Shown: positions 30,173-41,428, counted from the first letter of the stretch. The stretch: 64,000 nucleotides of DNA from Spirochaetaceae bacterium (GCA_965224705.1 OZ245056.1:2400001-2464000); one strand, 5' to 3'. The notes: generated by a model from the sequence alone, not told the origin. Made by a program: numbers and translations.

Positions 30173-30233
30173 GCGGTCGATAATCCAGGCCGGTTGGGGA
30201 AGAACTGGCTTGAGTTGAACTGGGAGGAACAAA

Positions 30234-30833
30234 TTGAAAATCACATTTATCATACTCATTCTGCTTGTAAGTGGTCTCCAGGTTACAGCTCAGGAGGGCA
30301 GCACAGCAACTCCCCCAGCAGACAGACCGGAAGAAACGGAGATTCTGCTGGATCCAGGAACTGAAACAGACCCTGGAGATGCGGTCATCGGTGGAGAAAA
30401 CCTTCCAGGCCTTGGAATCGGCGATTTCATACGCATGATACTGATCCTTGGCTTTGTGATTGCCCTGGTCTATGGCTTCTTCTGGCTTCTCAAAAGGTTC
30501 TCAGGCGTCAAGGCTGAACGGGAGGATGTCATTCATATTATTTCCACACGACCGCTAAAGGGGGATACCGCTCTTCATCTGATTGAAACTGGAAAAAGAC
30601 TGTTCCTTATCGGAGGTTCCGGGAACTCTATCAATTTAATTACAGAGATTGATGACAAAGAATCAATTGATGAGATTCGATTAACTGCCTCGAAGAACCC
30701 AACCCCCGCAAATGGGTTCAATTCTTTGATTAAGAGGCGATTGAATTCTGGTGCCGGGATAACGGATGCGGGAGAAAACAAGGATCCCGCAGAATTTCTC
30801 CGCCAGCAGAGAGATCGATTACAAGACTTATGA
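30234..30833 (+). CDS. fliO: Flagellar biosynthesis protein FliO (spirochaete FliZ-type)
   Basis: Signal-like N-terminus, one TM, FliO-like cytoplasmic domain; between fliY and fliP. Confidence 0.82.
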   Translation: MKITFIILILLVSGLQVTAQEGSTATPPADRPEETEILLDPGTETDPGDAVIGGENLPGLGIGDFIRMILILGFVIALVYGFFWLLKRFSGVKAEREDVIHIISTRPLKGDTALHLIETGKRLFLIGGSGNSINLITEIDDKESIDEIRLTASKNPTPANGFNSLIKRRLNSGAGITDAGENKDPAEFLRQQRDRLQDL

Positions 30834-31630
30834 GACGTTCATGGCTCAGACAGAAGATTTTCACTCTATTTTTGATCTTTTTGTTCAGTTCACAGTCCAT
30901 TACTGCCCAGGAAGCGGAAACCGCCGGTGATACCCAGAACGATGGAATCCCCATTCCTTTCGTCGATTTGACACTGAGGGAACCCCTGTCCAATAATGAA
31001 ACATCCCTTTCGATACAATTGCTGTTATTGCTTACAATTATCAGTCTGGCACCATCCATAGCCGTACTGATGACCAGTTTTTTACGGATCTCCATTGTTC
31101 TTGATTTCGTAAAGCGCGCTCTTTCCCTTCAGCAGGTACCTCCAAACTCTGTGCTCATGGGAATCGCTCTTTTTATTACATTGTTCATTATGTTCCCTAC
31201 GTTTACTTCGGTGTATCAAGAGGCCTTTGTACCCTATGCCGATGGTCAGATTGAAACAGAGGAACTGTATGCGAAGGCTGTCTCGCCTCTTAGATACTTC
31301 ATGTATCGTCAAATGGCTTCGGATACAAAGAATATCACATTATTCATGAATCTATCGGGATTGGAAAAACCGGAAACTTTTGCAGATGTTCCAACATACG
31401 TGCTGATACCAGCCTTTGTCCTTCATGAACTGATAGTTGCATTTCGTATCGGTATATATATATATGTACCGTTTATTATCATTGATATGCTGGTTGCATC
31501 CATCCTGATGTCGATGGGGATGATAATGCTTCCACCTGTGATGATATCAATGCCGTTCAAATTGATTCTTTTTGTTCTGGTGGATGGCTGGACTCTGCTG
31601 GTTGAACAAATTGTCCTGGGTTTTCAATAA
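30830..31630 (+). CDS. fliP: Export gate protein FliP
   Basis: LAPSI..LMTSF.RI, QQVPPN, LIPAF, MGMIMLPP..ISMPFKLILFVLVDGW. Confidence 0.97.
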   Translation: MRRSWLRQKIFTLFLIFLFSSQSITAQEAETAGDTQNDGIPIPFVDLTLREPLSNNETSLSIQLLLLLTIISLAPSIAVLMTSFLRISIVLDFVKRALSLQQVPPNSVLMGIALFITLFIMFPTFTSVYQEAFVPYADGQIETEELYAKAVSPLRYFMYRQMASDTKNITLFMNLSGLEKPETFADVPTYVLIPAFVLHELIVAFRIGIYIYVPFIIIDMLVASILMSMGMIMLPPVMISMPFKLILFVLVDGWTLLVEQIVLGFQ

Positions 31631-31641
31631 GGAGAAGCTGA

Positions 31642-31911
31642 ATGGAATTAAGCAGTGTTATTGAGTTAATGCGTTCATCTGTAACGATGATAGTCATCGT
31701 AGCTGCTCCAGTTTTACTTGTAGCCATGGGTGTCGGATTGATTATTTCAATTATTCAGGCAACGACAAGTATTCAGGATCAAACGCTTACCTTCGTACCA
31801 AAAATCCTTGCAATTCTTGCAGTACTTGCAACACTGTTCGGCTGGATGGCCACCCGATTGATAAGTTTTACGACTATACTTTTTGAAAGGATATCCAGTC
31901 TCACCGTATGA
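31642..31911 (+). CDS. fliQ: Export gate protein FliQ
   Basis: VGLIISIIQATTSIQDQTLTFVPK. Confidence 0.96.
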   Translation: MELSSVIELMRSSVTMIVIVAAPVLLVAMGVGLIISIIQATTSIQDQTLTFVPKILAILAVLATLFGWMATRLISFTTILFERISSLTV

Positions 31912-32705
31912 ATGTCTGGGGGGATTTAATCAATGAAGCACAACTTTTTCTGATTGTGTTTGCCAGGGTGGCGGCCCTGCTGCGAACGGCCCCATTGACT
32001 TCTTCTTCAGCAATACCCCCATTGGCCAGAGGAACACTGGCTTTCTTTGTGTCTATAATCTTCTACTATTTTGCCGGTGCATTGTATGGCCCCCTGCCGG
32101 AAACCGGGATTTCCTATGCTTTCGTCATTGTTGCCGAAGTGCTATTAGGAATACTCATGGGTTTGTTCCTGCAAATAATATTTGCAGTTTTCCAGACATC
32201 CGGACAGTTGTTTTCCTTCCAGATGGGATTTGGTGCCTCTCAGGTGTACGATCATATGGCTCAGGTTGAGATACCATTAATTGGACAGTATTTTAATTTA
32301 ATCGGTCTGGCCGTATTCCTGTCCGTCAGCGGCCTGCAAAAAATCTTCTTATCAGGACTTGCCGCTTCATTCAGGGTTATGAAGGGTACTGATTTTCTTC
32401 TTGCCGATGCCTATCTCAGAGATACCCTGATCCGATCTTTCGGGCGGTTGTTTGAACAATCATTGATTCTGGGTTTCCCCATCCTGGGAACACTGATTTT
32501 AATATCGGTGACGATGGGATTGCTGGCAAAAGCAGCACCACAGATGAATCTTCTGATCGTGGGGTTCCCCATACAGATAGGTGTCGGATTCACCATCATG
32601 ATCATTGTAACCCCATTTATTGTAGAGAAGATGTCTTTACTGATTGATGTAGGTTTTCAAATAATTGCTGACTATCTCCGAATGACGGAAAGGGCTTTGC
32701 CATGA
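31908..32705 (+). CDS. fliR: Export gate protein FliR
   Basis: FARV, E.LLG, QMGFG, KAAPQMN...GFP. Confidence 0.95.
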   Translation: MNVWGDLINEAQLFLIVFARVAALLRTAPLTSSSAIPPLARGTLAFFVSIIFYYFAGALYGPLPETGISYAFVIVAEVLLGILMGLFLQIIFAVFQTSGQLFSFQMGFGASQVYDHMAQVEIPLIGQYFNLIGLAVFLSVSGLQKIFLSGLAASFRVMKGTDFLLADAYLRDTLIRSFGRLFEQSLILGFPILGTLILISVTMGLLAKAAPQMNLLIVGFPIQIGVGFTIMIIVTPFIVEKMSLLIDVGFQIIADYLRMTERALP

Positions 32706-33859
32706 TGTCGAGCAATTTGCTGCCCTGTAAGAATAGACCGGTGAGATATCCAGCTCTGGGAGATGGCACCGTATTCGATATTCATATTCAATGGTTTGCT
32801 GCCGAGGATGAAGGGCGGACTGAGGATCCCACCGAGCACAAAATTCGCAAGGCCAGACAGGAAGGAAATGTTGCAAAGTCCAGCGATATTACGTCAGCTC
32901 TTGTTATGATCTTCGGACTCATTGCACTTATTCTCTTCTCCGGAAACATTGTCACTATCATTATTGATATGATGCGTCATTTCATTTCCCTGGCCAATCC
33001 TGAACCGATAAATTCAAACAGAGCCATTATATCATTCGGAAATTACATCTTACGGCTGATTCTACCATTTATGTCTGTCTGTTTCATTGCTGCCTTCCTT
33101 GGAAATATTGTGCAGGTTGGGTTTTTGTTTTCAACAAAACCGGTCACACCCGATTTCAGCCGCATTCAACCAAATCTGGCCAAATGGGCCCAGAAATCGT
33201 TCTTTTCAACAGAGGCCATCTTCAATCTGTTTAAATCAATATTCAAGATGCTGATTATCGGACTGCTGGCTTACTTCAATATCAAATCAGAGATACCTCG
33301 ATTAACGAATTCCATTGGCATGATGCCATTCCGATCTCTCATCCTGGTGTCAGGAATTGCTGTTCGTCTCATGCTGGAAGCCGCCATATTGCTGCTGATA
33401 TTCGCGATTCCGGATTACATGTTTCAGCGGAATAAACACCGTGAATCATTGAAGATGTCCAGACAGGAAGTAAAGGATGAATACAAACGAATGGAAGGTG
33501 ATCCCATGATAAAAAGTCGGTTAAGGCAGCGCATGCAGGAGTTGTTATCGTCCAGCATTGCAAAAACTGTCCCTGAGGCTGATGTTGTTATTACAAACCC
33601 TACCCATTACTCAGTGGCTGTCAAATGGGATAGCGCAACAATGCTCTCACCAAAAGTCACTGCCAAAGGTATAGACGAAGTGGCATTGAGAATTCGAGAA
33701 ATAGCAAAAAAATCTGATGTTCCCATAGTTGAAAATCGTCCGCTGGCCCGGGTTTTATATAGCAATGTGGAAGTTGGGGATGAGATCCCGGAGGAATACT
33801 GGGATATCGTGTCCATTGTCCTGTCAGAAGTCTACAGACTTGCGGGCCGAGTGGTATAG
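32702..33859 (+). CDS. flhB: Export switch protein FlhB
   Basis: RTEDPT..K..KAR.EG, KMSRQEVKDE.K..EGDP, NPTH autocleavage site. Confidence 0.97.
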   Translation: MMSSNLLPCKNRPVRYPALGDGTVFDIHIQWFAAEDEGRTEDPTEHKIRKARQEGNVAKSSDITSALVMIFGLIALILFSGNIVTIIIDMMRHFISLANPEPINSNRAIISFGNYILRLILPFMSVCFIAAFLGNIVQVGFLFSTKPVTPDFSRIQPNLAKWAQKSFFSTEAIFNLFKSIFKMLIIGLLAYFNIKSEIPRLTNSIGMMPFRSLILVSGIAVRLMLEAAILLLIFAIPDYMFQRNKHRESLKMSRQEVKDEYKRMEGDPMIKSRLRQRMQELLSSSIAKTVPEADVVITNPTHYSVAVKWDSATMLSPKVTAKGIDEVALRIREIAKKSDVPIVENRPLARVLYSNVEVGDEIPEEYWDIVSIVLSEVYRLAGRVV

Positions 33860-33868
33860 GAGTTCGTT

Positions 33869-35956
33869 ATGGCCGATGCAACGGTTACCTCAACAATAAG
33901 AAACATCTTTGGGCAGAAGATGGGTGATGTCTATATTGCCTTCGGTGTCATCTTCATTGTAATGATGCTGATTATTCCCCTGCACACCTTTGTACTTGAC
34001 CTATTAATGGCAATAAACCTGATGCTGTCTTTACTGATTATTCTTCTGGTTTTATATAATAAGGATCCGCTTGAATTCTCGCTGTTCCCGACCATACTGC
34101 TGGTTTCAAGTGTTTTTGGCTTGGCACTCAATGTTTCATCAACACGGTTAATCCTTAGAGATGGCGGACAGTTTAAGGGTCAGATTATCAGAGCTTTTTC
34201 AACATTTGTCGTGGGAACAGACGGGACACAGGGTCTTGTTATTGGTTTTATCATTTTCATCATTCTGGTTGCTGTTCAGTTCATGGTCATCACCAAGGGA
34301 GCTACCCGAGTATCAGAGGTTGCGGCACGATTCGCATTGGATGGACTTCCAGCAAAACAGATGGCTATCGATTCCGAGTACAGTTCTGGAGCTATAACTG
34401 AAGAAGAAACCAGAAAACGTAAGAAACACCTTGATGATACCGTGCAGTTTTACGGCTCCATGGATGGTGCAACAAAATTCATAAGCGGTACTGTCAAAGT
34501 CAGTATTGTAATCACTCTGGTTAATATTGTGGGGGGGTTGACTGTTGGAACAGCGATTCATGGTGAAGCCCTTCAGCAAGCTCTTGTTACATATGTTTCC
34601 CTTACGATAGGGGATGGACTGGTATCACAGATTCCAAATCTCCTGCTTTCCATTGCAACCGGACTGATTGTAACTCGTTCAATCAGTGAAGGGAGTTTTG
34701 GAAGTGATGTTCAGTTTCAGTTCTCAAGACAATCCCGTATTTATTACATTGCCGCCTTCTTCATGACTGCCATGGGCATCCTTCCCGGATTTCCATGGTA
34801 TCTGATGATGCCCCTTGCTGGAATTACAGGATTTCTGGCCTGGCATCTCAGCCGAAAAAAAGAATCGGAGAAAGTGGATCTGGAGGCGGAGAGAAATGCT
34901 GAGGCAGAATCCCTGGAGATCTCGCCAGTTGTCCCCCTTGATCCTATTTCCCTTGAATTGGGATTCGGTTTAATTCCATTGGTTGACAAGGATCAGGGTG
35001 CTGAGCTGCTGGCCAGAGTAACCAGGATACGTAAAGAGGCTGCATTGGATCTTGGTCTGGTTGTTCCCCGGATCAGGATTATGGATAATATGCGCCTGGA
35101 ACCATCGGAGTATGCGATAAAGCTGCGTGGAGTTGAAGTCGGCCGGGGAGCCATTCTCATGGGGCACCTGATGGCTATAAATCCCGGAGGTGAGCGTGAA
35201 GAATTGGAAGGAAAGGATACAAAGGAGCCCGCATTCGGTCTGCCTGCAAAGTGGATTAATGAATCCAGCAGAGAACAGGCTGAACGAGCCGGGTATACTG
35301 TTGTGGACGGCCCATCAATAGTTGCGACTCATCTGACGGAGATCCTCAAGCAGCATGCCGGAGAAATTCTGGGACGCCAGGAGATTCGAGCCATGCTGGA
35401 TACTTTGAGGAATGATTATCCTGCTGTTGTGGATGAAGTCACTAAAAACTTCTCTCTGGGTGAAATGCAGAAAGTGCTTCAGGGACTACTCAACGAGCAG
35501 GTGAGTATACGGAATCTTGTTGCTATTTTTGAAACACTTGTAGATTACTCGTCAGTATCCAAAGAAACAGGGTTCTTAATCGAGAAAACCAGACAGGCTC
35601 TTGGCCGCCAGATTTGCCTGCACTATGCTGATGACAATAAAAATCTCCAGGTTTTAACCATAGCACCGGATGTGGAAAAAACCATACTGGATTCAAGAAC
35701 GGAAACACCCACAGGCGAAATCGCTGCTCTTGATCAGGCATTTCACCAACGCTGGATTAACAGTGTCATCAATACGGTTAAAAAGGCTCGAGATAATGGG
35801 AAATGGCCTGTAATCCTTTGTTCTGATGTTACCAGACCCCTGGTTCGTTCCACAGTGGTCAGGGCCATGCCCGATCTGGTTATTCTTTCAGCTTCAGAAA
35901 TTGCCGATGGAATTCAGTTAGAATCACTTGGTGAAATACCGTCAGGAGAAATATGA
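33869..35956 (+). CDS. flhA: Export apparatus protein FlhA
   Basis: LALNVSSTRLIL, EVAARFALDG, FYGSMDGA.KF, TIGDGLV.QIP. Confidence 0.98.
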   Translation: MADATVTSTIRNIFGQKMGDVYIAFGVIFIVMMLIIPLHTFVLDLLMAINLMLSLLIILLVLYNKDPLEFSLFPTILLVSSVFGLALNVSSTRLILRDGGQFKGQIIRAFSTFVVGTDGTQGLVIGFIIFIILVAVQFMVITKGATRVSEVAARFALDGLPAKQMAIDSEYSSGAITEEETRKRKKHLDDTVQFYGSMDGATKFISGTVKVSIVITLVNIVGGLTVGTAIHGEALQQALVTYVSLTIGDGLVSQIPNLLLSIATGLIVTRSISEGSFGSDVQFQFSRQSRIYYIAAFFMTAMGILPGFPWYLMMPLAGITGFLAWHLSRKKESEKVDLEAERNAEAESLEISPVVPLDPISLELGFGLIPLVDKDQGAELLARVTRIRKEAALDLGLVVPRIRIMDNMRLEPSEYAIKLRGVEVGRGAILMGHLMAINPGGEREELEGKDTKEPAFGLPAKWINESSREQAERAGYTVVDGPSIVATHLTEILKQHAGEILGRQEIRAMLDTLRNDYPAVVDEVTKNFSLGEMQKVLQGLLNEQVSIRNLVAIFETLVDYSSVSKETGFLIEKTRQALGRQICLHYADDNKNLQVLTIAPDVEKTILDSRTETPTGEIAALDQAFHQRWINSVINTVKKARDNGKWPVILCSDVTRPLVRSTVVRAMPDLVILSASEIADGIQLESLGEIPSGEI

Positions 35957-37197
35957 TGCAGAAGTATTTTGAAGAACGTGGACGTAATTATGATGAAATC
36001 ATGGAAAGACTTCGAAGAAAATACGGTGAGAATTTCCGCATTCAGGGCAGGAGGGATGTTCCGGCTTCTGGAATACCAGGATTATTTGGTCGAATGGATG
36101 TCGAATTCTTTGGATACATTATTACAAAAGCAGAAGCCAGACAGGCGCAGAGAAATAAAGATCTGGAAAACAGAGCAGAAATACTGTCATTGGTCGGTGC
36201 GAATGTTCCGGCTGTCAACGTTGAAAACGATGGAGGAAGAGTTGATCCAGAGCCTCCAGAGATGATGACTCGGGTCCTTGAAGAAATTCAAAGTCTTAAA
36301 GGGCAGCTGGCTGTAGGAGCATCAGCAATGCCTCCGAAACCTTATGCTGTTTTAACAGAACTGTCAGATATCCTTAAGGAAAATGAATTTGAACCATCAT
36401 GGATTGACTCCATTATGAACAGGCTGAGATGCAGTCTGACAGCTGACCAGCTGGATAATAGACAGGTAGTTCATGATTCAGTGGCAGGACATATTATTGA
36501 ATCTATCTCATTTATGCCGCCGGAAAAGAAGCAAAGATCACGAATTACAATACTCGTCGGACCCACAGGAGTTGGTAAAACAACAACTATCGCTAAATTG
36601 GCAGCGCAGAGTTTTCTAACAGGAGCAGTAAGCAATGTCCGAATTATAACAGTGGACAGCTATCGTATAGGTGCCCGCGAACAAATGATACAATATGGAG
36701 ACATAATGGAGATTCCTGTTATTGCGGTTAATGAACCTCAACAGCTTGAACAGGAAATTGAATCATCATCTGACTCGGATCTGATACTTATTGATACCTT
36801 TGGGAGCAGTCCTCATGATAAGAATAAGATTGATGAAATGATGAAACTGCTCTCAGTCTGCGGGACAGACGCATCCATACAATTAGTGTTGAGTGCTACA
36901 ACAACAACATCGAACCTGAGAGAGCTCTTATCTCATTTTCGATTCTATGGATATGACTCGATTATAATCACAAAGCTGGATGAAACATCCCGAATAGGCA
37001 GCTTGATAAGTGGATTGACGGGAATTTCGGCCGAATTGAGTTATTTTACTGACGGACAGGGTGTTCCGCTGGATATTGCCGCTGCCCAGCCTTCACGGTT
37101 ACTCGGATATGTGAAAGGGCTTGATTACTCACCTGATATCCTGGAGGCATTGAACACCTCTGTCAATCATTCAGAACGTGGAGTCAATTATGCATGA
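35953..37197 (+). CDS. flhF: SRP-type GTPase FlhF
   Basis: [37 protein letters not shown]. Confidence 0.96.
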   Translation: MMQKYFEERGRNYDEIMERLRRKYGENFRIQGRRDVPASGIPGLFGRMDVEFFGYIITKAEARQAQRNKDLENRAEILSLVGANVPAVNVENDGGRVDPEPPEMMTRVLEEIQSLKGQLAVGASAMPPKPYAVLTELSDILKENEFEPSWIDSIMNRLRCSLTADQLDNRQVVHDSVAGHIIESISFMPPEKKQRSRITILVGPTGVGKTTTIAKLAAQSFLTGAVSNVRIITVDSYRIGAREQMIQYGDIMEIPVIAVNEPQQLEQEIESSSDSDLILIDTFGSSPHDKNKIDEMMKLLSVCGTDASIQLVLSATTTTSNLRELLSHFRFYGYDSIIITKLDETSRIGSLISGLTGISAELSYFTDGQGVPLDIAAAQPSRLLGYVKGLDYSPDILEALNTSVNHSERGVNYA

Positions 37198-38047
37198 TCA
37201 GGCTGAGAAGCTCAGGGAAATAGTTCGATCCAAAAATGACAGTAAAACCCGGATTATTACTGTTACAAGCGGAAAAGGTGGAGTCGGTAAGACCAATCTG
37301 TCTATAAACCTGGCCATCACATATGCAAAGGCAGGCAAGAAGGTGCTGGTTCTTGATGCGGATCTGGGATTGGCGAATGTCAATGTCAATCTTGGAATTA
37401 TACCACGGTTTAACCTTTATCATGTTATTCGCAAACAAAAGACAATGAAAGAAATCATAGTGGACACAGAATATGGTATCCAGATCGTTGCCGGTGCTTC
37501 TGGATTCAGTCGAATAGCAAATCTTCTGGATGAGGAACGTCAGAATTTTGTTAAAGAATTAACCTCTCTTTCCGAAGCCGAAATCATCATAATTGACACA
37601 AGCGCAGGGGTGAGTGCCAATGTTCTGGCCTTCGTTGAAGCGGCAGATGAAACTCTGGTTGTAACCACACCGGAACCACCGGCAATTACCGATGCATATG
37701 GTATAATAAAAATCATTTCAACTGAAATAGATGACCTGGATATGAATCTGAAACTGATAGTTAATCGAGTATCCACTGTCACGGAGGCCAAAAAAGTTGC
37801 CCAGAGGGTTATCGATATCACAGGGCAGTTTCTTAATATCAAAGTGGATTATCTTGGATTTGTATATGATGATCAGGCCGTTTCAAATGCTGTCCGCCGA
37901 CAGCAGCCTTTTACGATCATTGATCCGCAATGCAGAGCATCTCAGTGTATGCAGTTTATAATAAGCCGATTGGAGAAAGTTGAATATCATGAAGGAAAGG
38001 GTGTATCTCAATTCCTTAAAAAACTTTTCAAACGTATGGATAGTTGA
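37190..38047 (+). CDS. flhG: MinD-like ATPase FlhG (FleN)
   Basis: DQAEKLR, TSGKGGVGKT, DADLGLAN, TTPEP..ITDAY. Confidence 0.96.
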   Translation: MHDQAEKLREIVRSKNDSKTRIITVTSGKGGVGKTNLSINLAITYAKAGKKVLVLDADLGLANVNVNLGIIPRFNLYHVIRKQKTMKEIIVDTEYGIQIVAGASGFSRIANLLDEERQNFVKELTSLSEAEIIIIDTSAGVSANVLAFVEAADETLVVTTPEPPAITDAYGIIKIISTEIDDLDMNLKLIVNRVSTVTEAKKVAQRVIDITGQFLNIKVDYLGFVYDDQAVSNAVRRQQPFTIIDPQCRASQCMQFIISRLEKVEYHEGKGVSQFLKKLFKRMDS

Positions 38048-38093
38048 CGGTGTTCCAGAGGTTCAATATCCTTGAATTGTTATTAATGGAGAA

Positions 38094-38663
38094 TTGAGTG
38101 AAAACAGTAATATTGGAACTGGGTCGAAAACAGTTATTGAGACAGACCCTCTGTCGAATTCAGTTTCACGAAAGGAAGACTGTCTTTTGAATGATTTGAT
38201 TCACTGGAAATTTGTCGCAGCAGTAGACATTCTGGCATTTGTAGTATTACTTATAAGTGGTATCCTGGGAGGAGTGAGTTTCTGGGCATTGGTAGTCAGA
38301 GCCTTGATCGCTATTGTTCTGTTTGCAGTATTTGCTGTTGGTATCAATATACTCGTCGTGAAGATGTACCCTGAATTGCTGACGATTATGACATCGGATC
38401 CTGATGGCTCTGCGGAAACAGGAGCAGTGGTTGATATTATGTCGGATGCTGGTGAGCATACAATATCACAACCCTTTCAGGATGAGAGTGAATCATACGA
38501 ATCAGTGAATACTGAGGGAGATGCTGGCCTGGAGACAGACGGTGCTTCCAGAAAACCGGGCAGTAAATCGCAATCACTGGCAGAATCCTTCAGTAATGAA
38601 CATTCGCCAGCCCTGATGGCAAAGGCTATTCGATCTGTTATTGTAAAGGATGAGAAAGGTTAA
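38094..38663 (+). CDS. Hypothetical membrane protein (2 TM, acidic linker)
   Basis: GGAG RBS, two hydrophobic helices, C-terminal PALMAKAIRS; between flhG and fliA. Confidence 0.7.
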   Translation: MSENSNIGTGSKTVIETDPLSNSVSRKEDCLLNDLIHWKFVAAVDILAFVVLLISGILGGVSFWALVVRALIAIVLFAVFAVGINILVVKMYPELLTIMTSDPDGSAETGAVVDIMSDAGEHTISQPFQDESESYESVNTEGDAGLETDGASRKPGSKSQSLAESFSNEHSPALMAKAIRSVIVKDEKG

Positions 38664-38666
38664 TTC

Positions 38667-39461
38667 ATGCTTGATGACGAAATTCAGATAGCCGGCATAC
38701 CAGAAAAAGATTTGTGGAGAGAGTACCGGGCAACAGGAGATCAGAGTATACGGGATACCATTGTCAAGCAGTATGCTCCATTGGTTAAATATGTTGCGGG
38801 AAAGATTTCTATTGGAATGCCGCAGAATGTCGATTTTGAAGACCTGGTAGGATTCGGCATATTTGGACTCTTTGATGCTATTGAGAAGTTTGATGTTGAC
38901 AAGCATATTAAATTCAAGACCTACGCAGTAACAAGAATACGAGGCGCAATATTTGATGAACTTCGTTCAATTGACTGGGTTCCTCGATCTGTTCGCCAGA
39001 AAACTCGTGAAATTGATGAGACAACACAGGAGTTGGAAGCCCGGATTGGCCGCTCAGCCACTCATGAAGAAGTCGCCAACGAAATGGGTGTCAATATTGA
39101 GCAATACAATCAAATAATGCTCAAAGTCAATAGTTCCTCTTTGATGTCGCTCAACGATATCTGGTATTCAGGTGATGATAATGATAAGGTTCCCATTGCC
39201 GACAACATTGAGTCTGTGAGTTCGTTTCGTCCGGATACAATTGCTGAGAAGAATGATTTAAGACGTGTCATTATTGAAGCAATAAACGAATTGCCGGAGA
39301 AAGAAAAGAAAGTTCTGGTCCTCTACTACTATGAAGATCTTACCCTCAAAGAGATAGGAAAAGTCCTGGGAGTGACTGAGTCAAGAATTTCACAGCTGCA
39401 CACCAAGGCTGTCAGCCGTCTCCAGACAAAGCTTACAAACATCAAAAAAGGCATTTTCTGA
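38667..39461 (+). CDS. fliA: Flagellar sigma factor FliA/WhiG (sigma28)
   Basis: YAPLVKYVA, RIRGAIFDELRSIDWVPRSVR, LTLKEIG.VL.VTESRISQLH. Confidence 0.96.
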   Translation: MLDDEIQIAGIPEKDLWREYRATGDQSIRDTIVKQYAPLVKYVAGKISIGMPQNVDFEDLVGFGIFGLFDAIEKFDVDKHIKFKTYAVTRIRGAIFDELRSIDWVPRSVRQKTREIDETTQELEARIGRSATHEEVANEMGVNIEQYNQIMLKVNSSSLMSLNDIWYSGDDNDKVPIADNIESVSSFRPDTIAEKNDLRRVIIEAINELPEKEKKVLVLYYYEDLTLKEIGKVLGVTESRISQLHTKAVSRLQTKLTNIKKGIF

Positions 39462-41428
39462 TGTCACTCAGCCTTGAAGATTTCCGGTCAAGGATGCGTA
39501 CTGAATCAGAAAAAACCAGGAAAATAGTGAGTGTCCAGGTTTCTGGATTCAATCTGGAAGATGCATTGAAGCAGGCCTCATTGGAACTGACACTTCCCCT
39601 TCGAAGTCTGGATTATGAAGTTCTTGAACGCGGCAGAAGAGGATTTCTGGGATTTAAGCGTACTCCATGCCGCATTATAGCCTATGAGGCCCATAAGACC
39701 AAAGCGAAAACACAGAATATGGATTCCGACTCGGAGAGAATCATTGGAATGGATAAGAGTGATTCGCTGCAGGATAATGCTAACCAGGATGGCCGCATTG
39801 CTTTGCGCCTTGCATCGGAAGGCGCATTGGTGAAGGTTTTCCCTCCCAGAGGAACCGGTGTACCTGCAACTATGGAAGAATGTATTGGTAAACTTCAATC
39901 CAGAGGTGTAACAGATATTACCATGCCTCTTCTATCATCAGTCGTAGAAAAAGCAGATCAAATCTGGGTCAAATGCGGTGATTTCGAATATGTACCTGAG
40001 TACAGTGCCATCCCGTCACTTAATATTCTGGAAAATGGAATGAAAGCTTTTCTGACTATCCAGAAGCCAGGTATTGGAGGAACGGATCTATCTGCCGAAG
40101 ACATAAAGGGATTCATGTACAGTCACAGCATTATTCATGGAATTCGTGAAGATGTGATTCAGGAATTGGAAGATTTCCCTCAGTATGGACTTGCATTCTC
40201 AGTGGCTGAGGGAACACCTCCAGTGCATGGATCAGATGCAGAGATCATATATGAATTCGAAACTAAACCCAAACGTATTAATATGGAAGAACAGGATGGT
40301 ACCGTTGATTTTAAAGCAATGAAACTCGTGCACAATGTTGTAGAAGGTCAGGTTCTTGCCAGAAAAATTCCTGCCGAAAATGGAACTGATGGTCAGAACA
40401 TATATGGAATCCACATGCCGGCAAGAGATGGCCGTGATCTGGAATTCGCAACCGGAAAGAATGTTGCTGTTGTCGACGCAGGCTCTACAGTGAAATCGAC
40501 AGTGAATGGTCATGTACTCCTTAAATCTGGAGTGATAAGTGTTGAAACAATACTCATAATACCAGATAACGTTGATATGAAAACAGGTAACATCGATGTT
40601 CTGGGATCCGTGGATATTAGAGGAAACGTGGAAGATGGTTATTCTGTCAATGCCCAGGGAAATATCACAGTATCAGGCTATGTCAGCAAGGCCAATCTCA
40701 CTGCTGGCGGTGACATCCTGGTCTCTCGAGGTATCAATGGAGGAGAAGGTGATGAGTTTGGGCACATTACTGCGGGAAAGAGTCTCTGGTCTACATTTAT
40801 TCAGAATGCTGAAGTTGAATCAGGGGAGTTTGTAATAGTCAGCTCTGGGATTGTTAATTCAAGTATTGTTGCCCAGAGAAAAGTCCTTTGCAAGGGAAAA
40901 AGAGCACGAATTGTCGGCAGCCATGTTAAAACTTCTGAAGAAGTCAATGCGGTTACACTGGGATCTGTCAGTGGAGTAAAAACCATTATTGAGGTTGGCT
41001 TTGATCCAAAAGTAAAGGAGGAAGTCGATAGATTGACAAAGGAAAGAACTCAACTGGAGGAGCAGCGTTTAAAAATTCACCTGAGCCTCCAGAGAATCCT
41101 GCGCAAGGTCAAAGTTAAGAAATACCGACTTACCGATGAGAAAAAAGCAATATTCGCGGATTTGAAAGCTCAATTCAACTCCCTCCAGTCACAAATCGAA
41201 GCAATAAGCGAAGAAATAAAACAACGTCAGGACTACCTGGATGCTCTTGTGCTGAAAGGGAAGATTTCCGCATCAAACAAAGTACAGGCCGGTGTTATTC
41301 TGCGAATTAAAGATATTGAATATGCAGTTCGAGATGCCTATACGAACCCCGTCACTTTTTTACGTGAGAAGGATTACATACGGACGATAAAATATCAGGC
41401 TATAGAGGATGACATAACCAGGAGTTAA
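39461..41428 (+). CDS. FapA/DUF342-family protein with an N-terminal Jag_N-like domain
   Basis: N-terminal EDALKQAS.EL......DYEVLERG.RGFLG; DUF342 motifs VAEG.PP..G.D and VD..TGNI...G.V.I.G.V.DG. Confidence 0.82.
   Translation: MSLSLEDFRSRMRTESEKTRKIVSVQVSGFNLEDALKQASLELTLPLRSLDYEVLERGRRGFLGFKRTPCRIIAYEAHKTKAKTQNMDSDSERIIGMDKSDSLQDNANQDGRIALRLASEGALVKVFPPRGTGVPATMEECIGKLQSRGVTDITMPLLSSVVEKADQIWVKCGDFEYVPEYSAIPSLNILENGMKAFLTIQKPGIGGTDLSAEDIKGFMYSHSIIHGIREDVIQELEDFPQYGLAFSVAEGTPPVHGSDAEIIYEFETKPKRINMEEQDGTVDFKAMKLVHNVVEGQVLARKIPAENGTDGQNIYGIHMPARDGRDLEFATGKNVAVVDAGSTVKSTVNGHVLLKSGVISVETILIIPDNVDMKTGNIDVLGSVDIRGNVEDGYSVNAQGNITVSGYVSKANLTAGGDILVSRGINGGEGDEFGHITAGKSLWSTFIQNAEVESGEFVIVSSGIVNSSIVAQRKVLCKGKRARIVGSHVKTSEEVNAVTLGSVSGVKTIIEVGFDPKVKEEVDRLTKERTQLEEQRLKIHLSLQRILRKVKVKKYRLTDEKKAIFADLKAQFNSLQSQIEAISEEIKQRQDYLDALVLKGKISASNKVQAGVILRIKDIEYAVRDAYTNPVTFLREKDYIRTIKYQAIEDDITRS

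Noticed and set aside
16265..30209. Short intercistronic hairpins after fliE (16265-16287), flgE (~25584-25602) and fliY (~30189-30209)
   Set aside because: They are short, imperfect, unrelated in sequence and lack U-tails, so they cannot be called terminators or a repeat family.
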